From Meiothermus sp. (GTDB lineage: Bacteria; Deinococcota; Deinococci; Deinococcales; Thermaceae): 55,989 nt of DNA. This document shows, one piece after another, positions 18,269 through 29,591 of the stretch; within the stretch, counting starts at the first letter, position 1, and every line of letters begins with the position of its first letter. The notes below the pieces were generated by a model. It saw only the letters and a list, made by a program, of their open reading frames with translations, was not told where the DNA came from and searched no databases. A program made the position numbers and the translations under genes. The stretch lies in contig JANRLD010000093.1 of the NCBI GenBank assembly GCA_033762915.1, positions 1 through 55,989 of the forward strand, read 5' to 3'.

Positions 18269-18994
18269 ATGAAAATCACCCGCGAATCCTTAGGCCTCGA
18301 GCTGACCGCCCTCTGCGTTCCCAAAAACGCGGTGCTGATGGTTCACGCCAGTCTCCGCAAGCTTGGTCCGGTGGAAGGCGGGGCGGAGGCGGTGCTGGAT
18401 GTGCTGCTTGAGGCGGTGGGGCCGGGCGGAACCCTGCTGATGTTGCTGTGCGCAAGTGACGCTGAGCCCTTCGACCCCCTCACCACGCCCGCCGACGAGG
18501 AGGTGGGCGTGCTCGCCGAGGTGTTCCGGCGGCGGGCGGGGACTTTAGTCAACGACCACGCAGCCGCGCGGTTCGGGGCGTACGGACCGAGGGCGAACGA
18601 GCTGCTTGAGCCGACCCCGCTGCACGACTACTACGGCTCGGGGTCGGTGCTCGAGCGCTTCGCGGGCGCGGGCGGTTTGGTGCTGCGCCTTGGGGCCAAC
18701 GTGGACACCGTGACCCTCACCCACTGGGCGGAGTACCGGGCCAACCTCGCCCGCAAGCGCCGGGTGCGCAGTCGCTATGTGCGGGCCGACATCGGCGAGC
18801 AGTGGATCGAGAGCCTGGACGACTCCGGCGGTGTGGCCGAGTGGAGTGAAGGAGACTACTTCTCCCAGATATTGCTGGACTATCTGGCGGCGGGCCACGC
18901 CCGCACGGGCCGGGTGGGGAACTGCGCGGCAGAGCTGTTCTCAGCTGAACATTACGCCGAGTTCGCGGTACGCTGGATGGAGGCTCGATTGTGA
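18269..18994 (+). CDS. AAC(3)-family N-acetyltransferase (aminoglycoside 3-N-acetyltransferase-like)
   Basis: LMVHASLRKLGPVEGGA; GPGGTLLM; HDYYGSGSVLERF; VLRLGA…TLTHWAE. Confidence 0.85.
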   Translation: MKITRESLGLELTALCVPKNAVLMVHASLRKLGPVEGGAEAVLDVLLEAVGPGGTLLMLLCASDAEPFDPLTTPADEEVGVLAEVFRRRAGTLVNDHAAARFGAYGPRANELLEPTPLHDYYGSGSVLERFAGAGGLVLRLGANVDTVTLTHWAEYRANLARKRRVRSRYVRADIGEQWIESLDDSGGVAEWSEGDYFSQILLDYLAAGHARTGRVGNCAAELFSAEHYAEFAVRWMEARL

Positions 18995-19116
18995 GCTTTG
19001 CTGGTATGGCTTCCTCGAGTACCTCTCTCCAATCCGCAGCCGTGTGCCTGCACGGCCGTCTCGCCAAGCGCGGGGTCTTGGTGTTAATGTAGTGCCGAGC
19101 CCCCAAGGAGCGCGGC

Positions 19117-19548
19117 ATGATCCTGATTCTCAACGGCCCCAACCTTAACCTGCTGGGCACCCGACAGCCCGAGATCTACGGCCACACCACCCTCGCCGAC
19201 CTCGAGGCGCTCTGCCAGGACTGGGCCGAGGAACTGGGGCTGAGCATCAATTTCCAGCAGAGCAACTACGAGGGCCAACTCATCGACTGGATTCACGCCG
19301 CCCGCGAGCAAGAGGTCAAGGGCATCGTCATCAACCCCGGCGGCTACACCCACACCTCGGTGGCGATCCGCGACGCCATCGCGGGGGTTGGCATCCCGGC
19401 CATCGAGGTGCACATCTCCAACGTCTTTGCCCGCGAGCCCTTCCGCCATCACAGCTACATCGCCCCGGTCTGTATCGGCAGCATCGCGGGACTGGGCATG
19501 GAGGGCTACAAGGCTGCGCTGATGAAGTTCCAGGCGCTGTTGGGCTAG
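19117..19548 (+). CDS. aroQ: Type II 3-dehydroquinate dehydratase
   Basis: [34 protein letters not shown]. Confidence 0.97.
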   Translation: MILILNGPNLNLLGTRQPEIYGHTTLADLEALCQDWAEELGLSINFQQSNYEGQLIDWIHAAREQEVKGIVINPGGYTHTSVAIRDAIAGVGIPAIEVHISNVFAREPFRHHSYIAPVCIGSIAGLGMEGYKAALMKFQALLG

Positions 19549-19556
19549 CCCTGCGA

Positions 19557-20870
19557 TCACTTCCCCACGCAGAAGTTGCGGAACACCCGGTCGATCACCT
19601 CTTCCGAGACGTCCTTGCCGATGATCTGGGCCAGCGCCTCGAGCGCCCCCTCTATTGACACCCCGGCCAGGTCTTCCGGGGCCACCAGGGCTTCTTGAAG
19701 GTGCCGCTCGGCCTCGCGCAGGGCCTCGACGTGCCGCTCGTTGGAGACCCAGACCTCGCCCTCCGGGGCGTCGCCCAGTACCCGGGCGTGGATTGCGGCC
19801 TTGAGCGCCTCGAGGCCCGCCCCCGTGGCCGCCGAGACCCGCAGAAAGCCGGGGTCGCCCCACACGGCGGGCAGGTCGGACTTGGTGGCGACCCGTAGGG
19901 TCCGCCCCGGAGGAAGCTCCGGCGATTCGACCAGGGGCTGACTGCCGTCGGCGAGGTAGAGCACCAGGTCGGCCTCCTGAGCGATCAGCAGGGCCCGCTC
20001 GACCCCGCTCTGTTCTACCAGGTCGTCGGTCTCACGCACGCCGGCGGTGTCAATCGCCACGACAGGAATTCCGGCGATCTCCAGGGGGGCCTCGAGGTAG
20101 TCGCGCGTCGTCCCCGCGATCGGGGTCACGATGGCCCGCGGGTAGCCCAGCAGCGCGTTAAGCAGGCTCGACTTGCCCGCATTGGGCGGGCCGATCAGGG
20201 CGATGCGGGCTCCTTTCTGGGCGATGCGGCCCGCCGGGGCGGTGGAGAGCAGGTGCCGGACTTCGGCCAGGACGGGCTCAAGGGTCTCCCGAATCTGCGC
20301 CGCCTCGACTCCCTCCTCGGGGTAGTCGAGCCAGGCCTGGATGTGCGCCAGCAGGGTGAACAGCCGTTCGGACAGACCCCCGATCCGCTGCGACAGCCCT
20401 GCGCTCAGGCCGCGCAGAGCCTGCCGCCGCGCCGCGTCGGACTCCGACTCCACCAGGCTCAGCACCGACTCGGCCTGGGCCAGGTCCATCCGCCCGTTCA
20501 GGTAGGCCCGCAGGGTGAACTCGCCCGGATGCGCGGGCCGCGCGCCTTGTTCCAGGATGGCCTGTAAAACCCGGCGAAGCACGGCCGGCGAGCCGTGGCA
20601 GTGCAACTCCGCGCTGTCCTGAGCGGTGTAGGAGTGCGGGGCGCGGAAGACCAGCAGCAGCGCGTCGTCCAAGACCTCGCCCGTGCCGGGCGCCACCACC
20701 TGCCCGTGGGTGAACCGCCCGCCCCGCATCTTGGCGGGGTTCCGGCCACGCCAGAGCGGGGCCAGCAACTCGAGGCACCCCTTCCCCGACACCCGTACGA
20801 TCCCGATCGCGCCCTTTCCGGGCGCGGTGGCGATGGCGGCGATGGTGTCGGAGAGGGAGGGGAGGGGCAT
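19557..20870 (-). CDS. mnmE: tRNA modification GTPase MnmE/TrmE
   Basis: DTIAAIAT; PGEFTLRAYLNGRMDL; GPPNAGKSS; GTTRD; DTAG; C-terminal FCVGK. Confidence 0.97.
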   Translation of the reverse strand: MPLPSLSDTIAAIATAPGKGAIGIVRVSGKGCLELLAPLWRGRNPAKMRGGRFTHGQVVAPGTGEVLDDALLLVFRAPHSYTAQDSAELHCHGSPAVLRRVLQAILEQGARPAHPGEFTLRAYLNGRMDLAQAESVLSLVESESDAARRQALRGLSAGLSQRIGGLSERLFTLLAHIQAWLDYPEEGVEAAQIRETLEPVLAEVRHLLSTAPAGRIAQKGARIALIGPPNAGKSSLLNALLGYPRAIVTPIAGTTRDYLEAPLEIAGIPVVAIDTAGVRETDDLVEQSGVERALLIAQEADLVLYLADGSQPLVESPELPPGRTLRVATKSDLPAVWGDPGFLRVSAATGAGLEALKAAIHARVLGDAPEGEVWVSNERHVEALREAERHLQEALVAPEDLAGVSIEGALEALAQIIGKDVSEEVIDRVFRNFCVGK

Positions 20871-20944
20871 AAGCGAGCGGGGAGAGAGGCTGGGAACGAG
20901 GGAGGAGTACCCCTGCCCTTCACCCCTTGTTGTCGCCCTTCCTC

Positions 20945-21059
20945 TAAGTTGCGCCAGGGTAGAAGTGCAGTATCGGCGGAAGCGGTAAATACGTGCCTGG
21001 CGCAATTCCCTGCGGGAGCTGGCGGGCGACATTTCGCATTGCAACTATGGAGACACTTA
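20945..21059 (+). repeat. Family-C MITE-like unit ending at the stop codon of the nucleotidyltransferase gene
   Basis: Near-identical ends to 38391-38524 (TAAGTTGCGCCAGGGTAGAAGTGC … GCATTGCAACTATGGAGACACTTA). Confidence 0.8.
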
Positions 21060-21713
21060 GAGCCTTTCGAGCGTCCAGTCCATCAGGTGCAGCGCGGTGC
21101 GCCCGCGCACCTCGGGCGATGCAGCGAAGAGGTCGTGGCTGAGCTGGGCGGGGGTGAGGGGCAGCTCGAGGCGGCCCAGATGGGCCCCCACCGAGCCGGA
21201 GGGGGGCATGGGCTTATTGTTGGCGGCCCACAGGCCCTCGAGGATTTTCCAGGCGCTGGTGCTGCTGAGGTAGCCGATCTTTACGGTGTCGCCGGCGGCG
21301 AAGGCGGCCTCGAGCTTGCGCCGGACCCCGGAGAGCCAGTAGGCGATGGCGCGGGACTCGGCCTCGGGGGTGCGGTAGTTCTCGAACATCTGCGCGGCCT
21401 GGGCGCGGAGTTGGGCCAGGTGGCTGTCGGGGTCGTGCAGGATGCGCCCGTCGAGGTGGTTGTACAGCTCGATGGGCTCCTGGGTTAGGCGGATGCGGGC
21501 CTGGCTGAGGTTGCGGTAGTGAATCTCCAACCAGGCCCCGTCCACCTGCTCGGCCCGGAAGCGCCGCTCGAGCACGTCGCGCAGCAGCACCCAGAAGTCG
21601 AGGTCGGAGCCGGGGGTGGCGTCGCCGCGGGCGTAGGAGCCAGTTAGCAGGACGCCCCATACCTTGGGGTCGGACTTGAGCTGCTCGAGGGTCTTGTCAA
21701 TCAGCGCTTGCAT
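21057..21713 (-). CDS. Nucleotidyltransferase domain protein (Pol-beta superfamily)
   Basis: GSYARGDATPGSDLD motif plus helical C-terminal domain. Confidence 0.85.
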   Translation of the reverse strand: MQALIDKTLEQLKSDPKVWGVLLTGSYARGDATPGSDLDFWVLLRDVLERRFRAEQVDGAWLEIHYRNLSQARIRLTQEPIELYNHLDGRILHDPDSHLAQLRAQAAQMFENYRTPEAESRAIAYWLSGVRRKLEAAFAAGDTVKIGYLSSTSAWKILEGLWAANNKPMPPSGSVGAHLGRLELPLTPAQLSHDLFAASPEVRGRTALHLMDWTLERL

Positions 21714-21809
21714 CGCGGGAGTCTTTCGGGTAACCGGGGAGGATGCGAGAGGTCGGGGGCGGGTGAATTCGGCGGTTAGTAGTTTGGCAATTGGCGCTCG
21801 ACGTCTGGC

Positions 21810-24176
21810 CTAGTTCGGCCTGCCCACAGGGTAGCGGGTCGAGAGGGCCTCGGCCAGGAATAGCGCGGCCCGTTTGTCCAGGTATTGGTTGCCGTTGCCG
21901 CACTTGGGCGACAGCACGCAACGGGGGCAGCCCCCCTCGCAGGGGCAGGTTTGCAGCAGGTCCCGGGCGGCCCCCACCCAGCGGGGGAATTGTCGCGCCG
22001 CCGCCCTAGCATACCCGACCCCCCCAGGATACCCGTCGTAGATGAAGATGGTTGTCCCTGCCCCCGAGGGCAGCGGGCGCGGGTAGAACGGGTAGGAGAC
22101 CCCGCCCACGTCCTGACGCTCGGCCAGCACGAACAGCGGCAGCAGCCCGATCAAGCAATGCTCGAGGGCGTGGATGGCGCTGGGTACCAGCGCCTCGGTC
22201 ATGGCCTGAAGGTCGGGCCACATCTGGGCGGGGCTTCGCAGGCGGGAGGAACTGGAGCTGGGGCTGGGCCACCGTCGCTCTGCTTCCCCTGTGCGCTTAC
22301 TGCTTTCCTCACCTTCCAGGGTGGGCAACACTTCCATCCCCTCTGTCGGGTGAAACCACATCGCCTCGGTTTGGAAGGTCAGCTCGGGCATCTGGAGCGC
22401 GACCTCCTCGAGCACCGTCTCGCTCACGAAGCGCTTCTTGACATAGCCGGTCACCCGCTCGCGCAGGACGACCTTGCCCGCCCAGATTCCCGGCAGCAGC
22501 GGCTCGCCCCCCTGCACTTCCAGGTCGGTCTCGGCGCGGGGCTGGGTGTAGTAGTCCTCGAGGCCCGGCAGCAGCACAATCTCGCGCCGCTCCTCGTCCA
22601 GGTTGCGCACCAGGTAGGTCTCGCCCTGGTGCAAGTAGACCGCGCCGGGGTGGGCCTCCCAGTACGCCTGCCGTTGGTCGAGGGTGCCCAGACTGCGCCC
22701 CTCGGGGTCGCGCAAGGTGAAACTCCGGCCCATCCCCCGCAAAATCAGGTCGCCGTGCGGGTGGCGTTTGCTGGAAAACAGCCGCCCGTACCTCTCCGTC
22801 AGCGGCGGCTGGACGTTGATCCAGGGCTTGTAGATGGGCTCGAGCTTCGGCTCCCGACCCCCGATCTGAATTGGCAATTCCCGCGCCGCGCAGTGCAGGT
22901 GCAGCGGATACAGCACCGGGTTCTCTGGGTCGGCGATGGCCGACTCGGGCGGGGCGGCCAGCAGCAGCTCGGGCTTCTGCTCGTAGAAGGCGTCCATCGG
23001 GTCTTCGCGGGGGATCCACAGCACCAGCGCCCTGGTGCCCCCGCGCCCGGCCCGGCCCGCCCGCTGCCAGAAGCTGCTCACCGAGCCGGGGTAGCCCAGC
23101 AGGATTACCGCGTCCAGCCCGCCGATGTCCACGCCAAGCTCGAGCGCGCTCGTGCTCACCAGCACCCTCACCTTGCCGGTCTGTAGCTCGTCCTCTAGGC
23201 GCCGGCGCTCGGCAGCGGTGTAGCCCGCCCGGTAGGGCTTTACCCTGGGGTCGGCAGCGTACCTCGAGACCAGCTCGGCGGTACGCCTCGAGTTGCAGAA
23301 CACTAGGGCCCGCAGACCCTGCCCGGCCGCCGCCCTGGCCAGCAGCGCGGCCTCCACGTTGGCGCTGCGGCGGCTGGTCTTGTCCTTGTTCAAAAACTTG
23401 GGTACCCAGACCCCGAACTCGCGCTCGGAGCGGCTGGGGGTGGCGCTGAGGGGGGTGAACTCGAGGCCGGTCAGGCTGTGGGCGTGGTCGGCGGCGTTGG
23501 CGATGGTGGCCGAGGCCGCGACCACCTGGGGGCTTGCGCCGTAGTGGTGGGCCAGTCGAATCAAGCGCTGGACGATCAGGGCGACATGGCTGCCAAAGAC
23601 CCCCCGGTAGGCGTGCAGTTCGTCGAGCACGATGTACTTGAGCTTGGATAAGAACACCGACCAGTCGCCGTGGTGGGGCAGTAGCCCGAAGTGCAGCATG
23701 TCCGGGTTGGTGAGGATGATCTGGCCCTGCTCCTTGGCCCGCGCGCGCTCCTTGTCCTTGGTGTCGCCGTCGTAGCTGTAGATGCACTCGCCCAGCTCGA
23801 GCCGCTGCCCCATCTGCCGCAGGCGGCCCAGTTGGTCGTTGGCGAGGGCCTTGGTGGGGTAGAGCAGGATCGCGCTGCCGCCCTCGAGGGCCGCCTTCAG
23901 CACCGGCACCTGGAAGACCAGGCTCTTGCCCGAGGCGGTGGAGGTGGAGAGCACCACGTTGCGGCCCTGCTCGAGGCAGTCCAGCGCCGCCGCCTGGTGC
24001 CCGAAGGGTCGCATCCCCAGGGCCGCCAAGACCCCGCCAAACAGCCCCGCGTACTCCACCTGCTCCGGTGGGCGCGGCGGCAGAACCCGCACGAACTGGA
24101 GCTGCTGCGCGTAGCCCTCGGTGTCGCGCAGCCACTCGGCAAAGCTTGGGTAGGGGAGCAGTTCGGGCGGGAGCAT
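21810..24176 (-). CDS. DEAH-box helicase with C-terminal DUF1998 Zn domain (MrfA/Hrq1-like)
   Basis: TASGKS; DELH; SAT; QRAGRAGR; YDGYPGGVG; CPCEGGCPRC. Confidence 0.93.
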   Translation of the reverse strand: MLPPELLPYPSFAEWLRDTEGYAQQLQFVRVLPPRPPEQVEYAGLFGGVLAALGMRPFGHQAAALDCLEQGRNVVLSTSTASGKSLVFQVPVLKAALEGGSAILLYPTKALANDQLGRLRQMGQRLELGECIYSYDGDTKDKERARAKEQGQIILTNPDMLHFGLLPHHGDWSVFLSKLKYIVLDELHAYRGVFGSHVALIVQRLIRLAHHYGASPQVVAASATIANAADHAHSLTGLEFTPLSATPSRSEREFGVWVPKFLNKDKTSRRSANVEAALLARAAAGQGLRALVFCNSRRTAELVSRYAADPRVKPYRAGYTAAERRRLEDELQTGKVRVLVSTSALELGVDIGGLDAVILLGYPGSVSSFWQRAGRAGRGGTRALVLWIPREDPMDAFYEQKPELLLAAPPESAIADPENPVLYPLHLHCAARELPIQIGGREPKLEPIYKPWINVQPPLTERYGRLFSSKRHPHGDLILRGMGRSFTLRDPEGRSLGTLDQRQAYWEAHPGAVYLHQGETYLVRNLDEERREIVLLPGLEDYYTQPRAETDLEVQGGEPLLPGIWAGKVVLRERVTGYVKKRFVSETVLEEVALQMPELTFQTEAMWFHPTEGMEVLPTLEGEESSKRTGEAERRWPSPSSSSSRLRSPAQMWPDLQAMTEALVPSAIHALEHCLIGLLPLFVLAERQDVGGVSYPFYPRPLPSGAGTTIFIYDGYPGGVGYARAAARQFPRWVGAARDLLQTCPCEGGCPRCVLSPKCGNGNQYLDKRAALFLAEALSTRYPVGRPN

Positions 24177-24299
24177 AAGCCGGCGGTTCGTGTCACTTTA
24201 CCGCCAAGGGGTCTGGGGCGAAGGATGGAGATTACGAAGGACGCCCAACACGGGGGAGGGGCTGGGTTTGGCGGTGCGGGCTGGGGTATCCTCGAGCCT

Positions 24300-25043
24300 G
24301 TGCCGATCGACGCCCTGATCCTGTCTGCCGGGGAGGCCAGCCGCTTCGGGCTGCCAAAGTTCCTGCTGCCCGCCGGTCGGGGCCGCACACTGCTTACCCT
24401 GGCCCTCGAGAAGGCCCTCCAGTCCGTGGACGGCGGGGTGGTAGTGGTGATCGGGCGGGACGCGGGGCTGGCTCGAGCCGCCGCCAGAGACGGGCTTGGT
24501 CCGGAGGACGTGCCCCGAGTCCGTCTCGTCGAAAACCCCGAGTTCGTGCAGGGCTTGAGCACCTCGGTGAAGGCCGGCGTGGCGGCGCTGGGGGCCCAGA
24601 GCGCCCTGGTCTTGCTGGCCGATCAGCCCGCGATCTCGCTCGCGCAACTTCAGCAACTCGCCGACCACTTCGCCCCGCCGCTGTGGGCTGTCAGCGCCTC
24701 GGAAGGCGGCGAACCCAAACCGCCGATGATTCTCGGGAGCGAACTGCTCGAGCAGGTCCAAACCCTGAGCGGCGACCAGGGGTTCAAGCCGCTGCTCAGG
24801 AAAAACCTCGAGCGCGTCCGGCTGCTCGAGTGGGGCCCGGGACCCTGGGCCACCGACGTGGACACCTGGGAAGTCTACCGCCGGCTGGCCCTCGAGCTCG
24901 GCTGGCAAAAGGAGCCCTTCGAGCCTCTGGACGGCCCTCCCACGCCCGACCAATTGGGGCGGTGGTTGGAGGCCCAAAAGCTCGATCCCCAAGCCTATCT
25001 TTCCCTCTTGCAGCGGGCTGTCCTGACCCTGCTCAACCTTTAG
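24300..25043 (+). CDS. Nucleotidyltransferase, MocA/MobA-like NTP_transf_3 family (probably leaderless)
   Basis: ILSAGEASRFGLPK; NPEFVQGLSTS; LADQP; GDQG; DVDT; TATCCT 7 nt before GTG. Confidence 0.8.
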   Translation: MPIDALILSAGEASRFGLPKFLLPAGRGRTLLTLALEKALQSVDGGVVVVIGRDAGLARAAARDGLGPEDVPRVRLVENPEFVQGLSTSVKAGVAALGAQSALVLLADQPAISLAQLQQLADHFAPPLWAVSASEGGEPKPPMILGSELLEQVQTLSGDQGFKPLLRKNLERVRLLEWGPGPWATDVDTWEVYRRLALELGWQKEPFEPLDGPPTPDQLGRWLEAQKLDPQAYLSLLQRAVLTLLNL

Positions 25044-25092
25044 CTCTTCGAGCCCCGATCTGCGGCCTTCTCATCCGTGAACCAAGTCTAAG

Positions 25093-25404
25093 TTACGCTC
25101 GAGGTAACTTGCCCTGCTCGCTCAGGGTGTTGAGCACGATCCAGGCCTCGGCGTCCTCGGGGGTCTTGGCCTTCCAGACCTCCTGGCCGCTGCGCCTGTC
25201 CACAATGCCGTATCCCTTGGCCTTGAGCGGGCGGTACTCGAAGGGCGCGCCTCGGAGGAATTCGTCCTTGTCCACGCCCTCTCCCAGCACCTGGCGGAAC
25301 CAGGCTTGCTGGGCCTTCTCGGCCCGGCTCGAGAGCCAGTAATTGACCAGACCGAACAGCCCGATCAGCAGCAGTAGGGCCAACAGAACTGCCAGCGTAC
25401 TCAT
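25093..25404 (-). CDS. Small membrane-anchored hypothetical protein (leaderless)
   Basis: N-terminal TM; TAGACT 6 nt before ATG. Confidence 0.75.
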   Translation of the reverse strand: MSTLAVLLALLLLIGLFGLVNYWLSSRAEKAQQAWFRQVLGEGVDKDEFLRGAPFEYRPLKAKGYGIVDRRSGQEVWKAKTPEDAEAWIVLNTLSEQGKLPRA

Positions 25405-25516
25405 CGCCCAAGTCTATGCCAGCTTTACGCAAAGAATGGACGTTACACTGCCTTGCGGGCTGTGAACTATATATCACACCTGCCCCCCCCTCAGACCGAT
25501 AGGCTAGAGCTTAGGT

Positions 25517-27610
25517 ATGCCCGCTCGAGTCTCACAGATCAGCACCACCGAGGCCTCGGGGGGTAAGCTCACGCCGGTCGCGTCCAACCCGGAGGTCTCG
25601 GTGCATGACTGGGTCGGGGAACTGGGCATCCAGGTTGACCTGGCCCAGGCCCGGCTGGCGCACTTTCCCGGGCAGGCCCTCGAGCTCGCTGAGCAGGCCC
25701 ACGCCAGGGCCGAGGAGCAGGGGCTGACCGGCATGCAGGTGCGGGCCGGCTACATCTGGGCCAAGGCCTTACAGCGCCTGGGCCGGGTGGCTGAGGCTGT
25801 CGAGATCACGGCGTCCAGCTGGCACGAGGTGAGCCAGGGCGACGAGCCCAAACTGTGGCTCGAGGGCTGCCGCCTGCTGGCCATGCTGGCGAGGGAGAAG
25901 GGCGACTTCGCCCTGGCCACGAGTTGCATCGAGCAGGCCCTCCGGTTCGCCCGTGCCGAGGGCCAGACCCGCCTCGAGGCCGACCTGCTCAACCAGCAGG
26001 CTGGGATTCTCAACGCCAAGGCCGAGCCGCTCAAGGCCCTGGCGGCCCTCAACACTGCCCTCGAGATCGTCACCCAGACCGGCGAGGTCGCGGCCCAGGC
26101 CAGCTTTCTCAGCAACATCGGGGTGCTCCTGACCGAGACCGGCGACTACAGCGGGGCGCTCGACCGCTTCCTGGCGGCCTACCAGATCTACCAGCAGCCC
26201 GGCCAGAACCAGCGCAACCGGGCCGTCAACCTGGCCTGCATCGGCAACCTCTACGCCGAGCTCGAGGACTTCACCTACGCCAACCAGTACTTCGACCACG
26301 CCCTCCAGATCGCCCGCCAGACCGAGGAGCACGCGGTGGAGATCCAGGTCCTGGAGCTGAAGGCCAAGGCCAAGCTGATCGAGGGCCGCCCCCGCGAGGC
26401 CCAGAACCTCTACGGCTACGTGCTCCAGCTCTGCCGCCAGAACGGCCTCGAGGCCACCCAGGCCCAGGCCATGGAGGGGCTGGCCCGCACCCACCATGCC
26501 CTGGGCGAGTTCGACCAGGCCGCCAAGATTCGCCAGAAGGCCCTCGAGATGGCCCGCGCCCACGGCTGGCGGCAGACCGAGCTGACCAGCCTGCTGGGCC
26601 TGGGCCAAGATCACCTGGCCCTACAGGACAAGGACTTCGCCCTGCAGTGGGCCACCAAGGCCCTCGAGCTGGCCCAGCAGGCCGACCGCAAGAAGACCCT
26701 GTTCGAGGTTCACCGCCTGCTGTCCCAGATTTACAAGCAGAAGGGCGACCTGGCCCGCTCGATAGAGCACCTCGAGGAGTACCACCGCCTCGAGCGCGAG
26801 GTCTTCAAGGCCGAGAGCGAGCGCCAGCGCCAAATCCTCTCGGCCCGCCTGGATCTTGAGCGGGTGCGCTCGGAGGCCGAGACCCTCAAGCTCAAGAACG
26901 ACATCGAGCGCCAGGCGAGGGAGCGGGCTGAGGCCGAGGTCGAGCGCCGCACCACCGAACTCGAGAAGGCCCGGCAGGAGATGGTCTCCCGGCTGGCCCT
27001 GGCCGCCGAGTATCGCGACGACATCACCGGCGAGCACACCTACCGGGTTGGTCGCAACGCCGCCCTGATCGCCCGCGAGCTGGGCTGGAAGCCTGAGGAG
27101 ATCGAGCTGCTGCGGCTGGCCGCCCGGCTGCACGACGTGGGCAAGATCGGCATCCCCGACTCGATCCTGCTCAAGCCGGGCAAGCTCAGCCCCGAGGAGA
27201 CCCAGCAGATGAAGCTGCACACCCAGATCGGGGCGCGCATCCTCTCGGGCGGCCAGTCGCGCCTGCTCATGATGGCCGAGGAGATCGCCCTCAACCACCA
27301 CGAGCGCTGGGACGGCGGCGGCTACCCCAACTTCATCTTCAAAGACCACATTCCCCTCTCGGCCCGCATCGTGGCGGTGGCCGACGTGCTCGACGCCCTG
27401 ACCCACGACCGCCCCTACAAGGTGGCCTGGACGGTGAGGGAGGCCCTCGAGGAGATCTACTCCATGTCCGGCACCGCCTTCGACCCCGCAGTGGTCGAGG
27501 CCTGTCTGCGCGTCTTCGGCGAGGCCAGGGGCGATATGGAGGCCCACATGCAGCGCCTCGACGAGGAACTGTCGGAGATGTTGCGGCTCGAGAAGTCGCG
27601 GTTCGCCTGA
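25517..27610 (+). CDS. TPR-repeat HD-GYP domain protein (putative c-di-GMP phosphodiesterase)
   Basis: TPR repeats; [41 protein letters not shown]. Confidence 0.92.
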   Translation: MPARVSQISTTEASGGKLTPVASNPEVSVHDWVGELGIQVDLAQARLAHFPGQALELAEQAHARAEEQGLTGMQVRAGYIWAKALQRLGRVAEAVEITASSWHEVSQGDEPKLWLEGCRLLAMLAREKGDFALATSCIEQALRFARAEGQTRLEADLLNQQAGILNAKAEPLKALAALNTALEIVTQTGEVAAQASFLSNIGVLLTETGDYSGALDRFLAAYQIYQQPGQNQRNRAVNLACIGNLYAELEDFTYANQYFDHALQIARQTEEHAVEIQVLELKAKAKLIEGRPREAQNLYGYVLQLCRQNGLEATQAQAMEGLARTHHALGEFDQAAKIRQKALEMARAHGWRQTELTSLLGLGQDHLALQDKDFALQWATKALELAQQADRKKTLFEVHRLLSQIYKQKGDLARSIEHLEEYHRLEREVFKAESERQRQILSARLDLERVRSEAETLKLKNDIERQARERAEAEVERRTTELEKARQEMVSRLALAAEYRDDITGEHTYRVGRNAALIARELGWKPEEIELLRLAARLHDVGKIGIPDSILLKPGKLSPEETQQMKLHTQIGARILSGGQSRLLMMAEEIALNHHERWDGGGYPNFIFKDHIPLSARIVAVADVLDALTHDRPYKVAWTVREALEEIYSMSGTAFDPAVVEACLRVFGEARGDMEAHMQRLDEELSEMLRLEKSRFA

Positions 27611-27776
27611 GGGTCAGAGTTAACTGGCTTGCGCCAGGGCGCGCGCGACCGCCTGCGTCGTCGGTGTGCCCCGGGGAACTCCCTGGTGCGAGCAATTCCC
27701 CACGGATGTTGCGGGACCGCACTTCGCACCTCAACCAAGCAGAGGGGCCCCGCGCGGCGGCGGGGATCCTCCAGCC

Positions 27777-27805
27777 TTGACACCACCTTCTGCCTCGCCT
27801 ACACT
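27777..27805 (+). promoter_or_regulatory. Sigma-A promoter of the met operon
   Basis: TTGACA-17 nt-TACACT. Confidence 0.8.
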
Positions 27806-27846
27806 TTGGCCTATCCGCGCCGGGGCGCGGCCACAACCAAAACAAG

Positions 27847-28023
27847 TTCTTTTATCGAGAGCGGTGGAGGGTAACGGCCCGTTGATACCGCAGCAACCCG
27901 CAGGGTGCTTTGTTTCATCACCAAAGACCCCTCTGCACGGTGCTAAATCCGTCTCGCGCGCCGGGCGTGTAGGCACACACCGCCCAAAACTTGGCACAGT
28001 TGGCCGCGAGAGAGATAAGAGAA
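27847..28023 (+). ncRNA. SAM-I (S-box) riboswitch
   Basis: TTATCGAGAGCGGTGGAGGG…GGCCC…GATACCGCAGCAACC…GGTGCTAAATCC…GATAAGAG, upstream of methionine synthesis genes. Confidence 0.92.
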
Positions 28024-28042
28024 GGGCAAGTGTTCGCCACTG

Positions 28043-28079
28043 AACCCCCTTCCAGATAAAGAACTGGTTGGGGGTTTTT
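28043..28079 (+). terminator. Riboswitch-controlled intrinsic terminator
   Basis: AACCCCCTTCCAG/CTGGTTGGGGGTT plus T-tract; GAAGGG (28021-28026) can pair with CCCTTC as antiterminator. Confidence 0.75.
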
Positions 28080-28191
28080 CCGTGCCCTGTGGGCCGAAAG
28101 ACTCCTACCAAATAAAGGCAATTGGCGATTGGCAGTCCAAGTGTAGCTAAACGCTAAAAGCCTCACCACCACGCCCCAAATACAGCGGTAG

Positions 28192-29496
<1,305 letters not shown>

Positions 29497-29591
29497 CGAA
29501 CGGGCCAGGAAAGGGGAGAGAAACGCGAATCCATACGCCGCACGCCTTTCCCCTTTCCAAATCGCATCGCATTTCTACAAGAGGCTACCCG

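Noticed and set aside
14123..24135. Long antisense or alternate-frame ORFs such as 14123-15469, 21885-23186 and 22309-24135
   Set aside because: Shadow ORFs of GC-biased genes with no motifs.
21057..24176. Anti-phage system (DISARM/Druantia-like) or MNT-HEPN toxin-antitoxin pair
   Set aside because: The helicase is a full MrfA/Hrq1-type fusion with no defence partners, and there is no separate HEPN gene.
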